IMG/VR virus record: IMGVR_UViG_2695420847_000008
Source: a virus
Lineage: Duplodnaviria > Heunggongvirae > Uroviricota > Caudoviricetes
Strand: one strand, 5' to 3'
DNA: 4,709 bases
The notes beneath the pieces are model-generated. The model ran no database searches. It saw only the letters and a list, made by a program, of their open reading frames with translations, and was not told where the DNA came from. Shown in pieces: positions 4,078 to 4,709 of this stretch. A program made the position numbers and the translations under genes. The first letter of the stretch is position 1. Every line of letters begins with the position of its first letter.

Positions 4078-4709
4078 ATGTCGATTAAACATTATGATGT
4101 TGTCAGGGCGGCGTCGCCGTCAGACCTTGCGGAAAAGCTGACACATAAACTGAAAGAGGGCTGGCAGCCGTTTGGTAGTCCGGTGGCCATAACCCCTTAT
4201 ACCCTGATGCAGGCGATTGCAGCAGAAGGTGATGTGGTGGTCAGTGGTGCAACTGAGCCGGAGTGGTACTACGTCATCGTACTGGCCGGGCAGTCCAATG
4301 CCATGGCTTACGGTGAAGGGCTTCCGCTGCCGGATTCATACGATGCTCCGGATCCGCGTATTAAACAGCTGGCGCGCCGCAGTACAGTGACGCCGGGTGG
4401 GGCTGCCTGCAGATATAACGATATTATTCCGGCCGACCACTGCCTGCATGATGTGCAGGATATGAGTACGCTGAATCATCCGAAGGCAGACCTGAGCAAA
4501 GGGCAGTACGGCTGTGTCGGCCAGGGCTTACATATTGCCAAAAAACTGCTTCCGTATATCCCGAATAACGCGGGGATCCTGCTGGTACCATGCTGTCGTG
4601 GTGGTTCGGCATTCACCCAGGGCGCGGAGGGGACATTCAGTGCGGACACGGGGGCCAGCCAGGATTCGGCACGCTGGGGTGTGGGTAAACCGTTATATCA
4701 GGACCTGAT
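4078..4709 (+). CDS. nanS: Prophage sialate O-acetylesterase NanS-p-like protein (N-terminal DUF1737-like region plus SGNH/DUF303 esterase domain); 3' end outside window
   Basis: ATG at 4078 with GGGAG at 4066-4070. Frame 1 is open to the window end (210 codons, no stop; not in the supplied ORF track because it is incomplete). Translation MSIKHYDVVRAASPSDLAEKL...VIVLAGQSNAMAYGEGLP... contains the GQSN block typical of SGNH hydrolases. Both sequence and position (downstream of the phage tRNAs) match nanS-p/yjhS homologues of O157-type prophages as I recall them. Confidence 0.8.
   Translation, partial: MSIKHYDVVRAASPSDLAEKLTHKLKEGWQPFGSPVAITPYTLMQAIAAEGDVVVSGATEPEWYYVIVLAGQSNAMAYGEGLPLPDSYDAPDPRIKQLARRSTVTPGGAACRYNDIIPADHCLHDVQDMSTLNHPKADLSKGQYGCVGQGLHIAKKLLPYIPNNAGILLVPCCRGGSAFTQGAEGTFSADTGASQDSARWGVGKPLYQDL

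Noticed and set aside
4424-4708. ORFs 4424-4612 (-) and 4514-4708 (+) inside the nanS-p region
   Set aside because: Antisense or alternate-frame relative to the long open nanS-p frame (4078 to window end), which has the RBS and the SGNH motif.
1-4709. CRISPR array, transposase/IS element or integrase
   Set aside because: There are no regularly spaced short direct repeats with unique spacers, no terminal inverted repeats flanking a transposase-like ORF, and no recombinase motifs. The only large repeat is the 712-bp tandem duplication.

Overview
This window reads as the late-regulatory region of a lambdoid (Stx-phage-like) enterobacterial prophage, all on the + strand; every call rests on manual translation and folding, with no searches run. 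In order: the 3' end of a nin-region gene, a RusA Holliday-junction resolvase, a Q-like antiterminator, a candidate late promoter and tR'-like terminator, a small winged-helix ORF, a DNA methyltransferase, three tRNAs (Ile2-CAU, Arg-UCG, Arg-UCU), a 345-bp non-coding gap with no toxin genes, and the 5' part of a nanS-p-like esterase. The most unusual feature is a 712-bp tandem direct duplication (1429-2140 and 2141-2852) that leaves a truncated, frame-shifted methyltransferase fragment upstream of the intact gene. The two copies are identical except for about 14 substitutions, 13 of them within 1661-1759. Other points worth a second look are a structured methyltransferase leader with a perfect 12-bp inverted repeat, and a terminator-bounded, hairpin-rich segment in the slot where Stx phages carry stxAB. 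I see no CRISPR array, transposase or integrase in the window.
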